Assembly: GCA_017686895.1 (NCBI GenBank)
Contig: GCA_017686895.1_4521.1
Length of the DNA: 64,000 nucleotides
Direction: 5' to 3' (one strand)
Source of the DNA: a phage
Shown here: piece after piece, positions 18,025 through 28,159 of the stretch
How positions within the stretch are numbered: position 1 is the stretch's first letter
How the letters are laid out: the number at the start of each line of letters is the position of its first letter
Made by a program: the position numbers and the translations under genes
Notes under the pieces: generated by a model
Told to the model about the DNA's origin: nothing
What the model saw: only the letters and a program-made list of their open reading frames with translations
Database searches by the model: none

Positions 18025-18204
18025 ATGACACGTAAAGAAAAGATTTCTAAGTTAATGTTTTTAATTGAAGAGTACGCTAATGCGGTATCTGATTGGGAAA
18101 ATGCTCATGGTTGCGAAGATGGAGACATCGACATTAACAGAGCTATGAAAAAGATGGCTGACGCCCACACCGAATTGCAAATGTATGTTAACGAGATTAT
18201 GTGA
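18025..18204 (+). CDS. hypothetical protein
   Basis: ATG 18025 after AGAGGAGAA RBS. Confidence 0.45.
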   Translation: MTRKEKISKLMFLIEEYANAVSDWENAHGCEDGDIDINRAMKKMADAHTELQMYVNEIM

Positions 18205-18211
18205 GGACATT

Positions 18212-18418
18212 ATGCTTTACGATTATACTGGAAAATCTGAAGACGGTGTACTTGAACTTTTACCTGAAAGCGCTGAAGATGATGATATGGTGGTGATGTT
18301 TTGTAAAAATGGCCCTGGGGATAAGGGATGGATTTATCTTCGTCAAGAAAATGACCTAATTGTTTTGGACCCTAAACAAGTTGAAGAACTTTATCAACAT
18401 TTAAAACACAATCGGTAG
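18212..18418 (+). CDS. hypothetical protein
   Basis: ATG 18212 after GTGAGGA RBS. Confidence 0.45.
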   Translation: MLYDYTGKSEDGVLELLPESAEDDDMVVMFCKNGPGDKGWIYLRQENDLIVLDPKQVEELYQHLKHNR

Positions 18419-18447
18419 TTTACATCTTGGTAGGACTATGATATAGT
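18418..18447 (+). promoter_or_regulatory. early promoter inside a palindrome (approximate coordinates)
   Basis: GTTTAC, 18 bp, TGATATAGT; TAGGACTA / TAGTCCTA inverted repeat. Confidence 0.5.
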
Positions 18448-18475
18448 AGTCCTATCAAAACGAACGGAGAACAAA

Positions 18476-18586
18476 ATGAAACTTTTGCTTATCGCTTATG
18501 TTGTAGTACAATACAATTATCCGATGTTTACTTATAACGTGGTAAACGGCATAGTGAATCTTATTGAAACGAGTATGGTAAAATGA
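18476..18586 (+). CDS. small hydrophobic ORF (36 aa)
   Basis: ATG after ACGGAGAA RBS; below the 60-aa track cut-off; hand-counted. Confidence 0.3.
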   Translation: MKLLLIAYVVVQYNYPMFTYNVVNGIVNLIETSMVK

Positions 18587-18762
18587 CCCGTGAACAAGCT
18601 AATAAATTGATGGACCTTATCCGTGATTTACGTGAAGCCGATTCAGATTTGAATGATGTAGCTTATCATGCAGTAAATGATAACGAAGACTTTTATGAAA
18701 AACAGGTTGATGCTTGTCTGAATGATTTGGTGAATTTTGTTGAAACTTTAATTGGTGAATAA
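18583..18762 (+). CDS. small acidic ORF (59 aa)
   Basis: ATGA overlap with preceding small ORF; ends 1 nt before next gene; hand-counted. Confidence 0.35.
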   Translation: MTREQANKLMDLIRDLREADSDLNDVAYHAVNDNEDFYEKQVDACLNDLVNFVETLIGE

Positions 18763-18763
18763 T

Positions 18764-19294
18764 ATGAAAATTGTAATTGAAACAACCGAGTTGTTTGGTG
18801 ATTTATGTATCGAAAAACGTGGTTATGTGTATGTTCTGACACAAGAAGATGATTCTGTTACTATTCTTCCTATGGAACTGGACAAGATTTTGAAACTCAA
18901 TCCGCCCGGCCATGCATCTGTAATTAACATCGATGAAGACCTTCAAGTTCGTTTTTATCACGGTCTTTATAGCGGGGTTAATATCGAAACAGAAGATGAA
19001 TGCCTTTCTATTAATAATTGGAAAACATTCGTCACTAAGGTGAAAGAATTAATGGAATCTGAAACAGCCAAAAAGGCCAAACTTCAATGGGCTAAATGCC
19101 GTAATGCTTTTATTACAAATCAGGACCGCCCTGACTATACAACAGTCCTAGGCGTTAATCCTTCTTATGAAGACGGTGATGTCGTAGTTATTCGCCAAAT
19201 TGATGACCTTCGTCAACATATCGTTACATTAGACAAAGATGAAGCAGTTGCTCTTAAAGCTTATCTTGATTCTATTATCCCAACTTTGAAATAA
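18764..19294 (+). CDS. hypothetical protein
   Basis: ATG 18764 within track ORF 18752..19294. Confidence 0.5.
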   Translation: MKIVIETTELFGDLCIEKRGYVYVLTQEDDSVTILPMELDKILKLNPPGHASVINIDEDLQVRFYHGLYSGVNIETEDECLSINNWKTFVTKVKELMESETAKKAKLQWAKCRNAFITNQDRPDYTTVLGVNPSYEDGDVVVIRQIDDLRQHIVTLDKDEAVALKAYLDSIIPTLK

Positions 19295-19303
19295 GGAATT
19301 ATT

Positions 19304-19777
19304 ATGATTATCAATGAAAACTCTTGGCACTTTAAAATTTATGCCGCGTTTAATAGTACATGGAATCGTCCGAAAACGTTGTGTGCTTATTTTTGGAAAA
19401 CGTTTCTCCCGGTATTGTTTGTTTCGATTATTGGATTTGCGATTTTAGCAGCGGCCACAATCGTTGGCCATGAAATTTTAACTAAATTCTTTGTCTTTAG
19501 TAGTTTATGGTCATTGGTTCCGGCCTCAATTGGTGTAGGTGTTTTATTCATTGCATTATGTGTTGGTATTTCTATAGTTTTAGTATTAGGCATACCGTGG
19601 CTAATCGACTTATATAGAGAGCGGAAGTATTATAAAGAAATTGAGCTCATTGCGCAAAACCAAGAACGAATTAAAAATGGACTTGAGCCTATTGAACGTA
19701 AGAAATCATTAATAGGTGAATACCTTAAAGCTCGTAAAGAAAAAGTCTGTCCTACTCTTGAATATAAGGCTAAATAA
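19304..19777 (+). CDS. membrane protein
   Basis: Three hydrophobic helices followed by a charged C-terminal tail. Confidence 0.5.
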   Translation: MIINENSWHFKIYAAFNSTWNRPKTLCAYFWKTFLPVLFVSIIGFAILAAATIVGHEILTKFFVFSSLWSLVPASIGVGVLFIALCVGISIVLVLGIPWLIDLYRERKYYKEIELIAQNQERIKNGLEPIERKKSLIGEYLKARKEKVCPTLEYKAK

Positions 19778-20763
19778 TGAAAACGATTGTTAAGGCTTAC
19801 TTTGGTAGCCACCTTTATGGAACGTCTACTCCTGAATCTGACGTTGATTTTAAAGAAATTTATGTCCCTCATGCTCGTGATATTTTGACCGGTAACGTTA
19901 AAGAACATATGAGCAAGAACACGAATAACACATCTTCTAAGAACACAAAAGACGACGTAGACCATGAGTTGTATAGTCTCAAATATTTCTTTAAACTAGC
20001 TGCAGATGGTGAAACCGTCGCATTAGATATGCTTCACACTCCACCGAGTCTAGTAGTTAAATCTGATTTGCCTGATGTATGGAAGTATATTCAAGATAAC
20101 AGATCTCGTTTCTATACCACTAACATGAAATCTTATTTAGGGTATGTCCGTAAGCAAGCTTCTAAATATGGCGTCAAGGGTTCTCGTCTGGCTGTTCTCC
20201 GCCAAGCCCTTAAACGTTCTAATGAATGGGGACAATACTTTGACAACGGTGCAGTAATTCGTTTATCACATATGAAGAATGTTCTGCCTATAGGTGAATT
20301 TGCTTCGTGGATTGAAACCGAAAACGAGAAAACAGGTAAGCAAACATTCTATAATCTGTTAGACCGTAAATTCCAAGACACGTTAACCAATAAAGAGTTC
20401 AATGCCATCCTGGTTAAACTGGAAGAGAACTATGGTGAACGTGCTCGTAAGGCAGAAGCTAACGAAGGTATTGATTGGAAAGCATTGAGTCATGCATGCC
20501 GTGGTGGACTTCAGCTCTTAGAAATTTACAAAACCGGCGACCTGGTTTACCCGCTTCAGGATGCTCCATTTATTCTCGATGTTAAGCTTGGTAAACATAC
20601 GTTTAAAACCGTACAGGAATTCTTAGAAGATATCGTTGACCAAGTTGAACATGCCGCAGAACAAGCCGCTAAGAACGGTATGCAGCAAAAAGTAGATATG
20701 AGTTTCTGGGATGACTTCCTTGAGCAAGTCTACTTAGAAAACCACAATTCATACTATAAATGA
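19777..20763 (+). CDS. nucleotidyltransferase-fold protein (pol-beta superfamily motif)
   Basis: GSHLYGTSTPESDVDF fits hG[GS]x9-13DhD; 328 aa. Confidence 0.5.
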   Translation: MKTIVKAYFGSHLYGTSTPESDVDFKEIYVPHARDILTGNVKEHMSKNTNNTSSKNTKDDVDHELYSLKYFFKLAADGETVALDMLHTPPSLVVKSDLPDVWKYIQDNRSRFYTTNMKSYLGYVRKQASKYGVKGSRLAVLRQALKRSNEWGQYFDNGAVIRLSHMKNVLPIGEFASWIETENEKTGKQTFYNLLDRKFQDTLTNKEFNAILVKLEENYGERARKAEANEGIDWKALSHACRGGLQLLEIYKTGDLVYPLQDAPFILDVKLGKHTFKTVQEFLEDIVDQVEHAAEQAAKNGMQQKVDMSFWDDFLEQVYLENHNSYYK

Positions 20764-20765
20764 TA

Positions 20766-20783
20766 AGGGCCTTCGGGCCCTTT
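20766..20783 (+). terminator. intrinsic terminator
   Basis: AGGGCC-TTCG-GGCCCT then TT. Confidence 0.6.
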
Positions 20784-20870
20784 AGGGGGTCAAAATATTT
20801 TTAAAAAGTAGTGTACATGCTTTTAGGATATGTTATTATAGGACCTATCAAAACAAGAGGAGAAAACAAA

Positions 20871-21089
20871 ATGAAAACCAAAATGTTAGAAATGATTCGT
20901 GAAGCTGGTGATAAAGGTCTTATGGTTAACACTCGTAATGCAGACCAACGTCAAGCATTCGGTGAACTGAAATCTAAAGGTCTGGTTAAAGCATCCTTGG
21001 GAATCGGTAATGCATTACGAGTCACTTTGACTCCTGCCGGTAAAGCAGTGTTCTTTCAACCTCTTACCAAAAAATCTCGTCGCAAATAA
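20871..21089 (+). CDS. hypothetical small basic protein
   Basis: ATG 20871 after AAGAGGAGAA RBS. Confidence 0.45.
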   Translation: MKTKMLEMIREAGDKGLMVNTRNADQRQAFGELKSKGLVKASLGIGNALRVTLTPAGKAVFFQPLTKKSRRK

Positions 21090-21159
21090 TTGTTTACTTT
21101 TGCTTTAAACATGTTATTATAGACCTATCGAAACGAAATGAGTAAATTTGGAGAATAAA

Positions 21160-22140
21160 ATGTTCAACGTTCAAATCAAAAAAGGTATCTATCGTAATAA
21201 CGAAATCTCTGGTTCTTATGTTGCCACAAAGACATGGTTCCCGGCAAAGCTTAATCCTGAATGTTCCCACTTAGGTGACGGTAAAATTTTCGTTATGATT
21301 GATGGTTCTGAACGTGGAGTATGGGTCTTCAAATCAGACATCGTAATGGAAGGAGTTGAGACGTCACCAGTTGCAGTTGTTGAAAGCACTGAAGATATGA
21401 AAACTCGTATCAACAAACGCTTTAAAGTAATGAACATGATGACGAATGGCATTATTGATGGCAAAATTCGTTCACTCATTATTTCAGGTGCAGCTGGTAT
21501 TGGTAAGACGTATTCTCTGGATAAAGCACTTAATAATGCTAATGATAATGGTTTCATCAAATACAAAAGCATTAATGGTAAAATCTCCAGTATTGGCCTT
21601 TACGAACAACTTTGGCTCAACCGTGATGAAGACAGCGTTCTCTTAATCGATGACGTTGACGTATTCTCAGATATGGACATCCTGAACCTTCTTAAAGCAG
21701 CATTAGATACCGGAGATAAACGCAAAGTTTGTTGGAGCACTGCGTCATCTTATCTCGAGGATAAGGGTATTGATAAAGAATTTGAGTTTGAAGGTACTAT
21801 CGTTTTCATTACAAACGTTGATATCGATAAAGAGTTAGAACGGGGTTCGAAACTTGCTCCACACCTTCAAGCTTTAGTATCTCGTTCAGTGTATCTCGAC
21901 CTTGGAGTACACTCTAATGAAGAGATTATGGTTCGAGTTGAAGATGTAATATTATCTACTGATATGATGCAGAAACGTGGCTTGACTGATGCTGAAACGT
22001 ATAAAGCATTGTCCTGGATGAAGGCTAATGTATCTCGTCTTCGCAATGTATCATTACGTACGGCTCTTTATGTAGCAGATTTTATTTCAACTGATAAAGA
22101 TGGTTGGGAGGAAATCTCTGAAGTAACTTTATTGAAATAA
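21160..22140 (+). CDS. P-loop ATPase
   Basis: Walker A GAAGIGKT and Walker B LLIDDVD. Confidence 0.5.
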   Translation: MFNVQIKKGIYRNNEISGSYVATKTWFPAKLNPECSHLGDGKIFVMIDGSERGVWVFKSDIVMEGVETSPVAVVESTEDMKTRINKRFKVMNMMTNGIIDGKIRSLIISGAAGIGKTYSLDKALNNANDNGFIKYKSINGKISSIGLYEQLWLNRDEDSVLLIDDVDVFSDMDILNLLKAALDTGDKRKVCWSTASSYLEDKGIDKEFEFEGTIVFITNVDIDKELERGSKLAPHLQALVSRSVYLDLGVHSNEEIMVRVEDVILSTDMMQKRGLTDAETYKALSWMKANVSRLRNVSLRTALYVADFISTDKDGWEEISEVTLLK

Positions 22141-22278
22141 GCTTACAGGAAGTTCTGAGGTAACAAAAGCCATAAAGATGAATAATCATATGGCTTACCT
22201 CAAAGAAGGACACCAGGAACCTACTGAGGGCATAGAAATATTTAAAAATAATGATGTACAAATCAAAGAGGATATGTT

Positions 22279-22566
22279 ATGGATTTTATGCAAAAAATTA
22301 AAGCCGCAGTCGAACTCTATGCCCATCGTATGGTTAGTTCTACAATGCAATATAGCGAGGAGGTTCGCCAGGACTCTTCCTTGAAAGGAAAAACTAAAGC
22401 CTTAATTACCTTAGATCATTTGCAAAAGAGTGCCATAGAGATGCTCCAGTACGACAAGGATGCGTATAAGAAAGAACAGGAAGAGAAACTTAAATCTGAA
22501 AAATTACAAAAAATCCCGAAGTCGGTTTGGTTCAGTGGAAAAAATACCGAAAAAAGTTTCTTTTAG
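22279..22566 (+). CDS. hypothetical protein
   Basis: 95-aa ORF; weak RBS. Confidence 0.4.
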   Translation: MDFMQKIKAAVELYAHRMVSSTMQYSEEVRQDSSLKGKTKALITLDHLQKSAIEMLQYDKDAYKKEQEEKLKSEKLQKIPKSVWFSGKNTEKSFF

Positions 22567-22568
22567 TT

Positions 22569-22597
22569 GTTTACAAGGTCTATGATTATGTTATTAT
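22569..22597 (+). promoter_or_regulatory. early promoter inside a palindrome (approximate coordinates)
   Basis: GTTTAC, 17 bp, TGTTATTAT; AGGTCTAT / ATAGACCT inverted repeat. Confidence 0.55.
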
Positions 22598-22624
22598 AGA
22601 CCTATCAACTACTGGAGGTAAAAC

Positions 22625-23152
22625 ATGAACGCTAAAGATATTTTCAACCTGGTAAATTATAACGACGGTAAATTTAAATCTGAAGCACAAAGCAAGTTCT
22701 TTAATGACGTTGCTTATGGTAACGAGATTACCGTAGACGGAGGTCAGATTTTCAAATCTCGCTGGAATTGGATTGTTATCATCGATTCAGTTGGAATTGT
22801 GGAAGTCTACAAAAACACTAACAAAAAACGTACATTATTCTGGTCTCGTGAAACTAACGAGCAGTACAAAAAGGATAAAGCATCTCGTTTATCCAAAGTA
22901 ACCCAGGAAGATATCGACTTCATTAAGAAAGATATCGAGATGTACGAAAATTTAATCGCTGAAGACCAGGCAGTACTCGATAAGTTTGATGAAATTAAAG
23001 CTTCTCGTGAAATCCCTGACTTCATGAAAGAAACAGTAAACGAACGATACGCTCTCACTTCAGAACGTATTGCAAACTATACAAAACAGAAAGCAGAACG
23101 TATTAGTACTCTTCGGAAATTTGAAGAACGTTTAAAGACGGTTCACGCATAA
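22625..23152 (+). CDS. hypothetical protein
   Basis: 175-aa ORF after CTGGAGG RBS. Confidence 0.5.
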   Translation: MNAKDIFNLVNYNDGKFKSEAQSKFFNDVAYGNEITVDGGQIFKSRWNWIVIIDSVGIVEVYKNTNKKRTLFWSRETNEQYKKDKASRLSKVTQEDIDFIKKDIEMYENLIAEDQAVLDKFDEIKASREIPDFMKETVNERYALTSERIANYTKQKAERISTLRKFEERLKTVHA

Positions 23153-23154
23153 AC

Positions 23155-23179
23155 GCTTTACCCAAGGACGGGTTATAAT
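23155..23179 (+). promoter_or_regulatory. candidate MotA-type middle promoter (approximate coordinates)
   Basis: GCTTTA box, 12-13 bp, TATAAT. Confidence 0.4.
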
Positions 23180-23214
23180 GGTTTTGAGTTCCAATTCAAT
23201 CTGAGGAAATAGTT

Positions 23215-24210
23215 ATGAGCATTACATCTGATGCGGTAAAACATGAAATTAACGGTTTATGTGCTTCACAGATTAAAGTGTGGTTTAAAGACCATAACGA
23301 TCGCAGAGCACTTAATTATGAGCAAATTGCTATCCAAGTTCATCAATTACTGACTAGTAAATTTGATTTTCATATGCCGTCTGAAATCTATACTAATCTG
23401 CCGCGAGCACTTATTAAAGCGTGTAAAGGTTATGGAAAATCAATGGCTGACGGAATCTTCAGCGCGCTGAATAAACTTAACGTTCTGTCAATGATTAACT
23501 CTAACAACATCCTGCGTAATCTAGGACGTACTGATTTGTTCGGTCGTGAACAGTGTAAAATGCCTTTGAAATGGATTGTTGCTCATCTTAACGAGAACCA
23601 AACACGTTTTATGGCCGTAACAGCACGTTTACAAATGGGCCTAGATCGTCAGATGAACTTTAAAACTCATCCACGTTATTCAGGTTCAACTGACTTTTAT
23701 AAATGTGAGCTTCAAAAGGTCGGTGGCAAAACCGTCTTAGTAGTTCGTGTAACGTTTGAAGGACGACGTCAAGGATATTTTGACATAATCGGCTCCGGTC
23801 TTAAACATTGTGGATTTATCGACGAAGTTAATATCAAGCGAGACGGCATTGGATACCGTATTGGGTATGTTTGTACTCTTAAAGAAGAGATTTCAGGACC
23901 AGCACCAGGACTAAAAGACGTTAGATATAAAGACGAGCTCGTTGAAGAAATAAAAGAAGTTGAATATGATATCAACCAAGAAGATGCTCTTAAAGACCTT
24001 ATTGACGAACTAAACCAAGACGTTATTCCGGTTCAGAAATTTGAATCAAAACATGCTGAGCAAATCAAATACTTTGAAGCTTTGATTAATGAACTTAATG
24101 TAACTATTCAACAGACTGACGATGAAATCTCACGATTAGCAGGCTTAAATGGTAAAAATAAAACAGAACGAGCTAATCTTATTCAGGTAGTAAAACTTCT
24201 TAAGGAATGA
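23215..24210 (+). CDS. hypothetical protein with C-terminal coiled coil
   Basis: 331-aa ORF. Confidence 0.5.
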   Translation: MSITSDAVKHEINGLCASQIKVWFKDHNDRRALNYEQIAIQVHQLLTSKFDFHMPSEIYTNLPRALIKACKGYGKSMADGIFSALNKLNVLSMINSNNILRNLGRTDLFGREQCKMPLKWIVAHLNENQTRFMAVTARLQMGLDRQMNFKTHPRYSGSTDFYKCELQKVGGKTVLVVRVTFEGRRQGYFDIIGSGLKHCGFIDEVNIKRDGIGYRIGYVCTLKEEISGPAPGLKDVRYKDELVEEIKEVEYDINQEDALKDLIDELNQDVIPVQKFESKHAEQIKYFEALINELNVTIQQTDDEISRLAGLNGKNKTERANLIQVVKLLKE

Positions 24211-24239
24211 TGTACAACCAAGGATGGTTGGAGTATAAT
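24211..24239 (+). repeat. promoter cassette TACAACCAAGGATGGTTGGAGTATAAT, copy 1 (approximate coordinates)
   Basis: Identical copy at about 25231..25259; hairpin CAACCA-AGGA-TGGTTG directly upstream of TATAAT. Confidence 0.6.
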
Positions 24240-24265
24240 AAATTTTTCAACATGAGGAATATAAA

Positions 24266-25225
24266 ATGGCTTTTATTACACGTAGAGAACTTATCAAAGA
24301 ATTTACCTCGAACGCATATACTCCAGGACCTAATCCTATCCGTATGCCTGTAAAGACTCCTGAAGAGATTGAGGAAATCTGTTCATATTATGGGATTACT
24401 TCTCGTATGTTTACCCAATTTGAATGCGTTACTAACACACCCGTTAAAGAGTTCATTAAAAATGGTGAGTTCAGCCGTTTATTGGCCAAACAGAAACTTC
24501 GTAATTTTTGTATTGGCGGTGAAGGTCAATATTTCGCTAAGCAGTTCCGGAATAACCTTAACAATCTGATGGCCATTGCTTCTCGTATTCGTCCTCAAGC
24601 AATTAACATGAAACATTTGAAATATACTTACGATAAGTTAGAAATCATGGTTATCAGTGAGAATGAGTTCACTCTTACGTATAAACCTAAGAATGATAAC
24701 GTTGCTCGTGTATTCCACCAAGCGTTGGAAGTGTTAGGTGATAATATCCACCAGATTAAAGCAATTTATTCTCGTGAGCTTAATATTATCGACCCTATCA
24801 AGAATAAGGGCCATATCGCTATCCAGGCTCGTGTATCTATTGGTAAAAAGGTTCCTGCGCCATGGTGGCACAAAGACTCCGAATATTATCAAAATCTTAA
24901 AAAGGAAAATGCATTGTTTGAAGCATCGCTTACTGGGACCCCAATTGAACAGGCCGAAGTCCTAAGTGCTTATTCTACTTCGGGTAAATCAATGTTTAAA
25001 GGTTTGCCAAATGTGTGCAAACTGTCTGCAGTAAAACTAAATGTTTCTAATGACCTTCTTCCGGTCGAAGATTACCATTACAATCAAATCAAGGCCACTA
25101 TGGACCAACTGTCTGTTGAACTTGACAAAGCACAAGCTAAGCTTCGTGATGCTCAAAGTGTTGTAACGAATCTCCAGTTGCAGTATTCTAAACTTTTTAA
25201 CGCAATGAATGCATTAAAATCATAA
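24266..25225 (+). CDS. hypothetical protein with C-terminal coiled coil
   Basis: 319-aa ORF. Confidence 0.5.
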   Translation: MAFITRRELIKEFTSNAYTPGPNPIRMPVKTPEEIEEICSYYGITSRMFTQFECVTNTPVKEFIKNGEFSRLLAKQKLRNFCIGGEGQYFAKQFRNNLNNLMAIASRIRPQAINMKHLKYTYDKLEIMVISENEFTLTYKPKNDNVARVFHQALEVLGDNIHQIKAIYSRELNIIDPIKNKGHIAIQARVSIGKKVPAPWWHKDSEYYQNLKKENALFEASLTGTPIEQAEVLSAYSTSGKSMFKGLPNVCKLSAVKLNVSNDLLPVEDYHYNQIKATMDQLSVELDKAQAKLRDAQSVVTNLQLQYSKLFNAMNALKS

Positions 25226-25230
25226 AATAG

Positions 25231-25259
25231 TTTACAACCAAGGATGGTTGGAGTATAAT
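25231..25259 (+). repeat. promoter cassette TACAACCAAGGATGGTTGGAGTATAAT, copy 2 (approximate coordinates)
   Basis: Same 27-bp sequence as at about 24211..24239. Confidence 0.6.
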
Positions 25260-25287
25260 GAATCTATCTTAACGAGAGGAAAATATT

Positions 25288-26238
25288 ATGACACGTTCAC
25301 ATTACATTGAATACTTTGCAGGTCTTATCGCTAACGTTCATGCCCAACGTGCTTCTGGTGCACTAGGATTTGATGTTCCACACCGAGATGTAGTAAGTGG
25401 TATTCTTCGCGATTTTGGTACATACATAGGCCAAGAAAATCATATCTGTAAAGATACTCAGAATGCGTATTCTCATTCATTAGGGACACTGCTTCAATGG
25501 TTCAAACGTTCTCGTTTATTATCTTCTACTGTAGCTCGCGATAACATTAAAAACTTTATGAAACCGAGCTTTATTAAATCTGTGACATCTAAAACTGATT
25601 TGGTTGAATTCACTATTGTTAATGATGTTAAAAAGACTCATTTGGCTGATTGGTTATCTACCATTCCTGAAACTAAATTCGCTGATAAATTTGCTTGTGA
25701 ATTCAATAACCAAGTGAATATGCTTTTTAAACATTCTCGTAAATTATTCACGGGCGGTGATGGTCGTACAAATAAAGTTCATGTTAAAGATTGGGTTACT
25801 GCAGTATTCAAACCGACCGGTAATGGTAACGCATCATTATCAATTGATATCCAGGTTCCTTATTACTACTCACGTAATCTCGGTACCATGAAAGCTGAAG
25901 AAATTAATAAGCATAACAAAACCGTTCGTTCATTGTCTTATAAACTTATTACATTGTTAGAGACTATGGATGTTGTTGAAACGTTCGACGAATCCGAAGA
26001 TAACGGTTCAATGTTATACAGTTCTCGCACCCGAATTAAGCTGAAGAACCCTAACGAGTATAAACTTAAGACTATTAAAGAACCTAAAGTAGAAAAAGTT
26101 GACAACTTGAGCGAAGAACGTGAATATCTCAAATCTCGTCTGAAAGAAGTCGAAGCCCAGATTAAAGAACAGACTAAATCGTTAAAAGCTCTGAATGCGA
26201 AAGCGGACGGTTTACGAAATGCCATTGAGTTGTTATAA
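25288..26238 (+). CDS. hypothetical protein with C-terminal coiled coil
   Basis: 316-aa ORF. Confidence 0.5.
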   Translation: MTRSHYIEYFAGLIANVHAQRASGALGFDVPHRDVVSGILRDFGTYIGQENHICKDTQNAYSHSLGTLLQWFKRSRLLSSTVARDNIKNFMKPSFIKSVTSKTDLVEFTIVNDVKKTHLADWLSTIPETKFADKFACEFNNQVNMLFKHSRKLFTGGDGRTNKVHVKDWVTAVFKPTGNGNASLSIDIQVPYYYSRNLGTMKAEEINKHNKTVRSLSYKLITLLETMDVVETFDESEDNGSMLYSSRTRIKLKNPNEYKLKTIKEPKVEKVDNLSEEREYLKSRLKEVEAQIKEQTKSLKALNAKADGLRNAIELL

Positions 26239-26543
26239 TGAAACTACGTCTTTTAGAGGATATTGATATGAGCACTAATCATGGCTTGGTTAAGTTTATT
26301 GACGATAGTTCAAAGATTGAATTTGTTCAGCGAGATAAAATCCACGGTGAAGAAGAGTTCGTTCCTCCAGCATGGAACGAAATAATGAAAATGGTTGAAC
26401 GACGTGAAAATGCTGCCAAATCGGCAGCAAAACATCCATGTCCGGAATGTGGAACTATCCAAGTCCAACTGGTTAACTGGACCACTGATAACTTGAAATT
26501 GAAATGCCGTAAATGCTTCCACAAATTTGAGAGAATATTATAA
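26238..26543 (+). CDS. zinc-ribbon protein
   Basis: CPECG ... CRKC pairs; TAATG overlap. Confidence 0.45.
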   Translation: MKLRLLEDIDMSTNHGLVKFIDDSSKIEFVQRDKIHGEEEFVPPAWNEIMKMVERRENAAKSAAKHPCPECGTIQVQLVNWTTDNLKLKCRKCFHKFERIL

Positions 26544-26956
26544 TGAGATATAGCCTTCGTTGTTTTATCGCAGCTTTAGTTTTTTCCGTTATTCCATTCA
26601 TTTGGAACAGTCAGAATACTTACATGGAAACTAAAGTAATTCCTGTGGAGGTAGTGGAATTAATCTCAGGCCAATCTACAGGAAAATATTCTAAATTAGA
26701 ATTTATTGCAGTCTATAAAGATGAGCAAGGACGAGTTTTTGACAGGCGTGTATCACCGTCGTTTTATACGCTTCTGAATAAAGGTGATACGATAGCTATA
26801 GAAATTCGTGAGATGGATATCAAACAAACTACTAAAGATAACTTGATTTGGTTCTTTGGTACAGTGTTGTTGGTTTCTATCTGTATCACAGGTTTTATTA
26901 CATGTATTGTATTTGGCATTGCATATTTAATCGATGAAAGGAAAAATAATGTTTAA
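26543..26956 (+). CDS. membrane protein
   Basis: N-terminal and C-terminal hydrophobic helices. Confidence 0.45.
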   Translation: MRYSLRCFIAALVFSVIPFIWNSQNTYMETKVIPVEVVELISGQSTGKYSKLEFIAVYKDEQGRVFDRRVSPSFYTLLNKGDTIAIEIREMDIKQTTKDNLIWFFGTVLLVSICITGFITCIVFGIAYLIDERKNNV

Positions 26957-27212
26957 AGTGTACGGGTATGACTCTACTATTCATAAATGCATTTATTGTG
27001 ATAATGCGAAACGATTGCTGACTGTTAAGAAACAGCCATTCGAATTCATTAATGTTATGCCAGAGAAAGGTGTATTTGATGAAGAAAAAATTGACGAGCT
27101 TCTGAATAAACTAGGACGTGAATCACAAGTTGGATTGACTATGCCTCAAGTATTTGCTCCTGATGGAAGTCATATTGGTGGATTTGACCAACTGCGAGAA
27201 TATTTTAAATGA
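26949..27212 (+). CDS. nrdC: glutaredoxin/thioredoxin NrdC
   Basis: MFKVYGYDSTIHKCIYCDNAKRLL ... CxxC redox motif; colinear with T4 NrdC as I recall it. Confidence 0.9.
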   Translation: MFKVYGYDSTIHKCIYCDNAKRLLTVKKQPFEFINVMPEKGVFDEEKIDELLNKLGRESQVGLTMPQVFAPDGSHIGGFDQLREYFK

Positions 27213-27505
27213 GTATTGATTTAATTTTCCCGGGCCCTTATGATCAGGGCGAATTAGAAGCTTTGTTATATCAAGAAATGTGTTCTAGTGCTAAGAACGA
27301 TATCCAATATGCTATCGATAATCCATGGGGTGAATTTCGTATATTAATGGGTAATCGAATCATAGGTGTTCAATGGCGATTCGTTGGTCTTGAACCTGAA
27401 GACTACGAAGAAAACGAGCACGGTGACTGGATTCCTGTTGGTGAATATCACTGGGAATACGGTGGTCCTGATTTCGAAGTTTCCTGTGCCTGGGTAGAAC
27501 AATAA
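27209..27505 (+). CDS. hypothetical protein
   Basis: 98-aa ORF, ATGA overlap. Confidence 0.45.
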   Translation: MSIDLIFPGPYDQGELEALLYQEMCSSAKNDIQYAIDNPWGEFRILMGNRIIGVQWRFVGLEPEDYEENEHGDWIPVGEYHWEYGGPDFEVSCAWVEQ

Positions 27506-27523
27506 ACTGCGAGAATATTTTAA

Positions 27524-27859
27524 ATGAACGATATTGATTTCGCCAAAGCATATAAATTTGTAGCAACTCTTCTCGGTCCTGACGCTCCTACTAAGCTTGA
27601 AGTTTTAAATTCTATTCCGACTTCATTGGTTCGAGATGCTGAAATATGGACATGGGACGACCCGGCTGTTTGTGAAGATCTGTACATTCTGATGAATGAC
27701 ATGATGGTTAAAAAGCCTGAAACAATGGTTACTATTACTGTTGAAGAATATAATCGCCTGCAAGCCATTGAAGAGCTTCTGTGGAACATTGAATGTGACC
27801 TGCCGTCAGGGCTAGAATCCTGGATTGATTATGAAGAGCTCAATAAACTCCGGGGTTAA
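27524..27859 (+). CDS. hypothetical protein
   Basis: 111-aa ORF. Confidence 0.45.
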   Translation: MNDIDFAKAYKFVATLLGPDAPTKLEVLNSIPTSLVRDAEIWTWDDPAVCEDLYILMNDMMVKKPETMVTITVEEYNRLQAIEELLWNIECDLPSGLESWIDYEELNKLRG

Positions 27860-27987
27860 ACCGTGGTATTCTGCTCGATGGGAGACTGTCGAGCCAGACG
27901 TCGAAACAGTTTACAACGACGAAGAAACATGTTATGATGAACCTACAGTAAACGATATGATTGATTTAGAAATGGGAAGAGATTATT

Positions 27988-28158
27988 ATGCAAGTTAAAT
28001 TATTGTACCGTTTATTAAAAAATGGCAAGCACGATTGGTATTTGCTTATTAAAACCGATCCAAATTTTTTCTCCGGACAACCATTTACGGTTCGTCCTAC
28101 TAAACGTCAGCTTCGCAAAGCTAAACGTTCTCATCGTAACTTTTATAGAGAATATTGA
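27988..28158 (+). CDS. small basic protein with VRPTKRQLR tail (56 aa)
   Basis: Hand-identified below track cut-off; tail shared with the ORF at 57032. Confidence 0.3.
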   Translation: MQVKLLYRLLKNGKHDWYLLIKTDPNFFSGQPFTVRPTKRQLRKAKRSHRNFYREY

Positions 28159-28159
28159 T

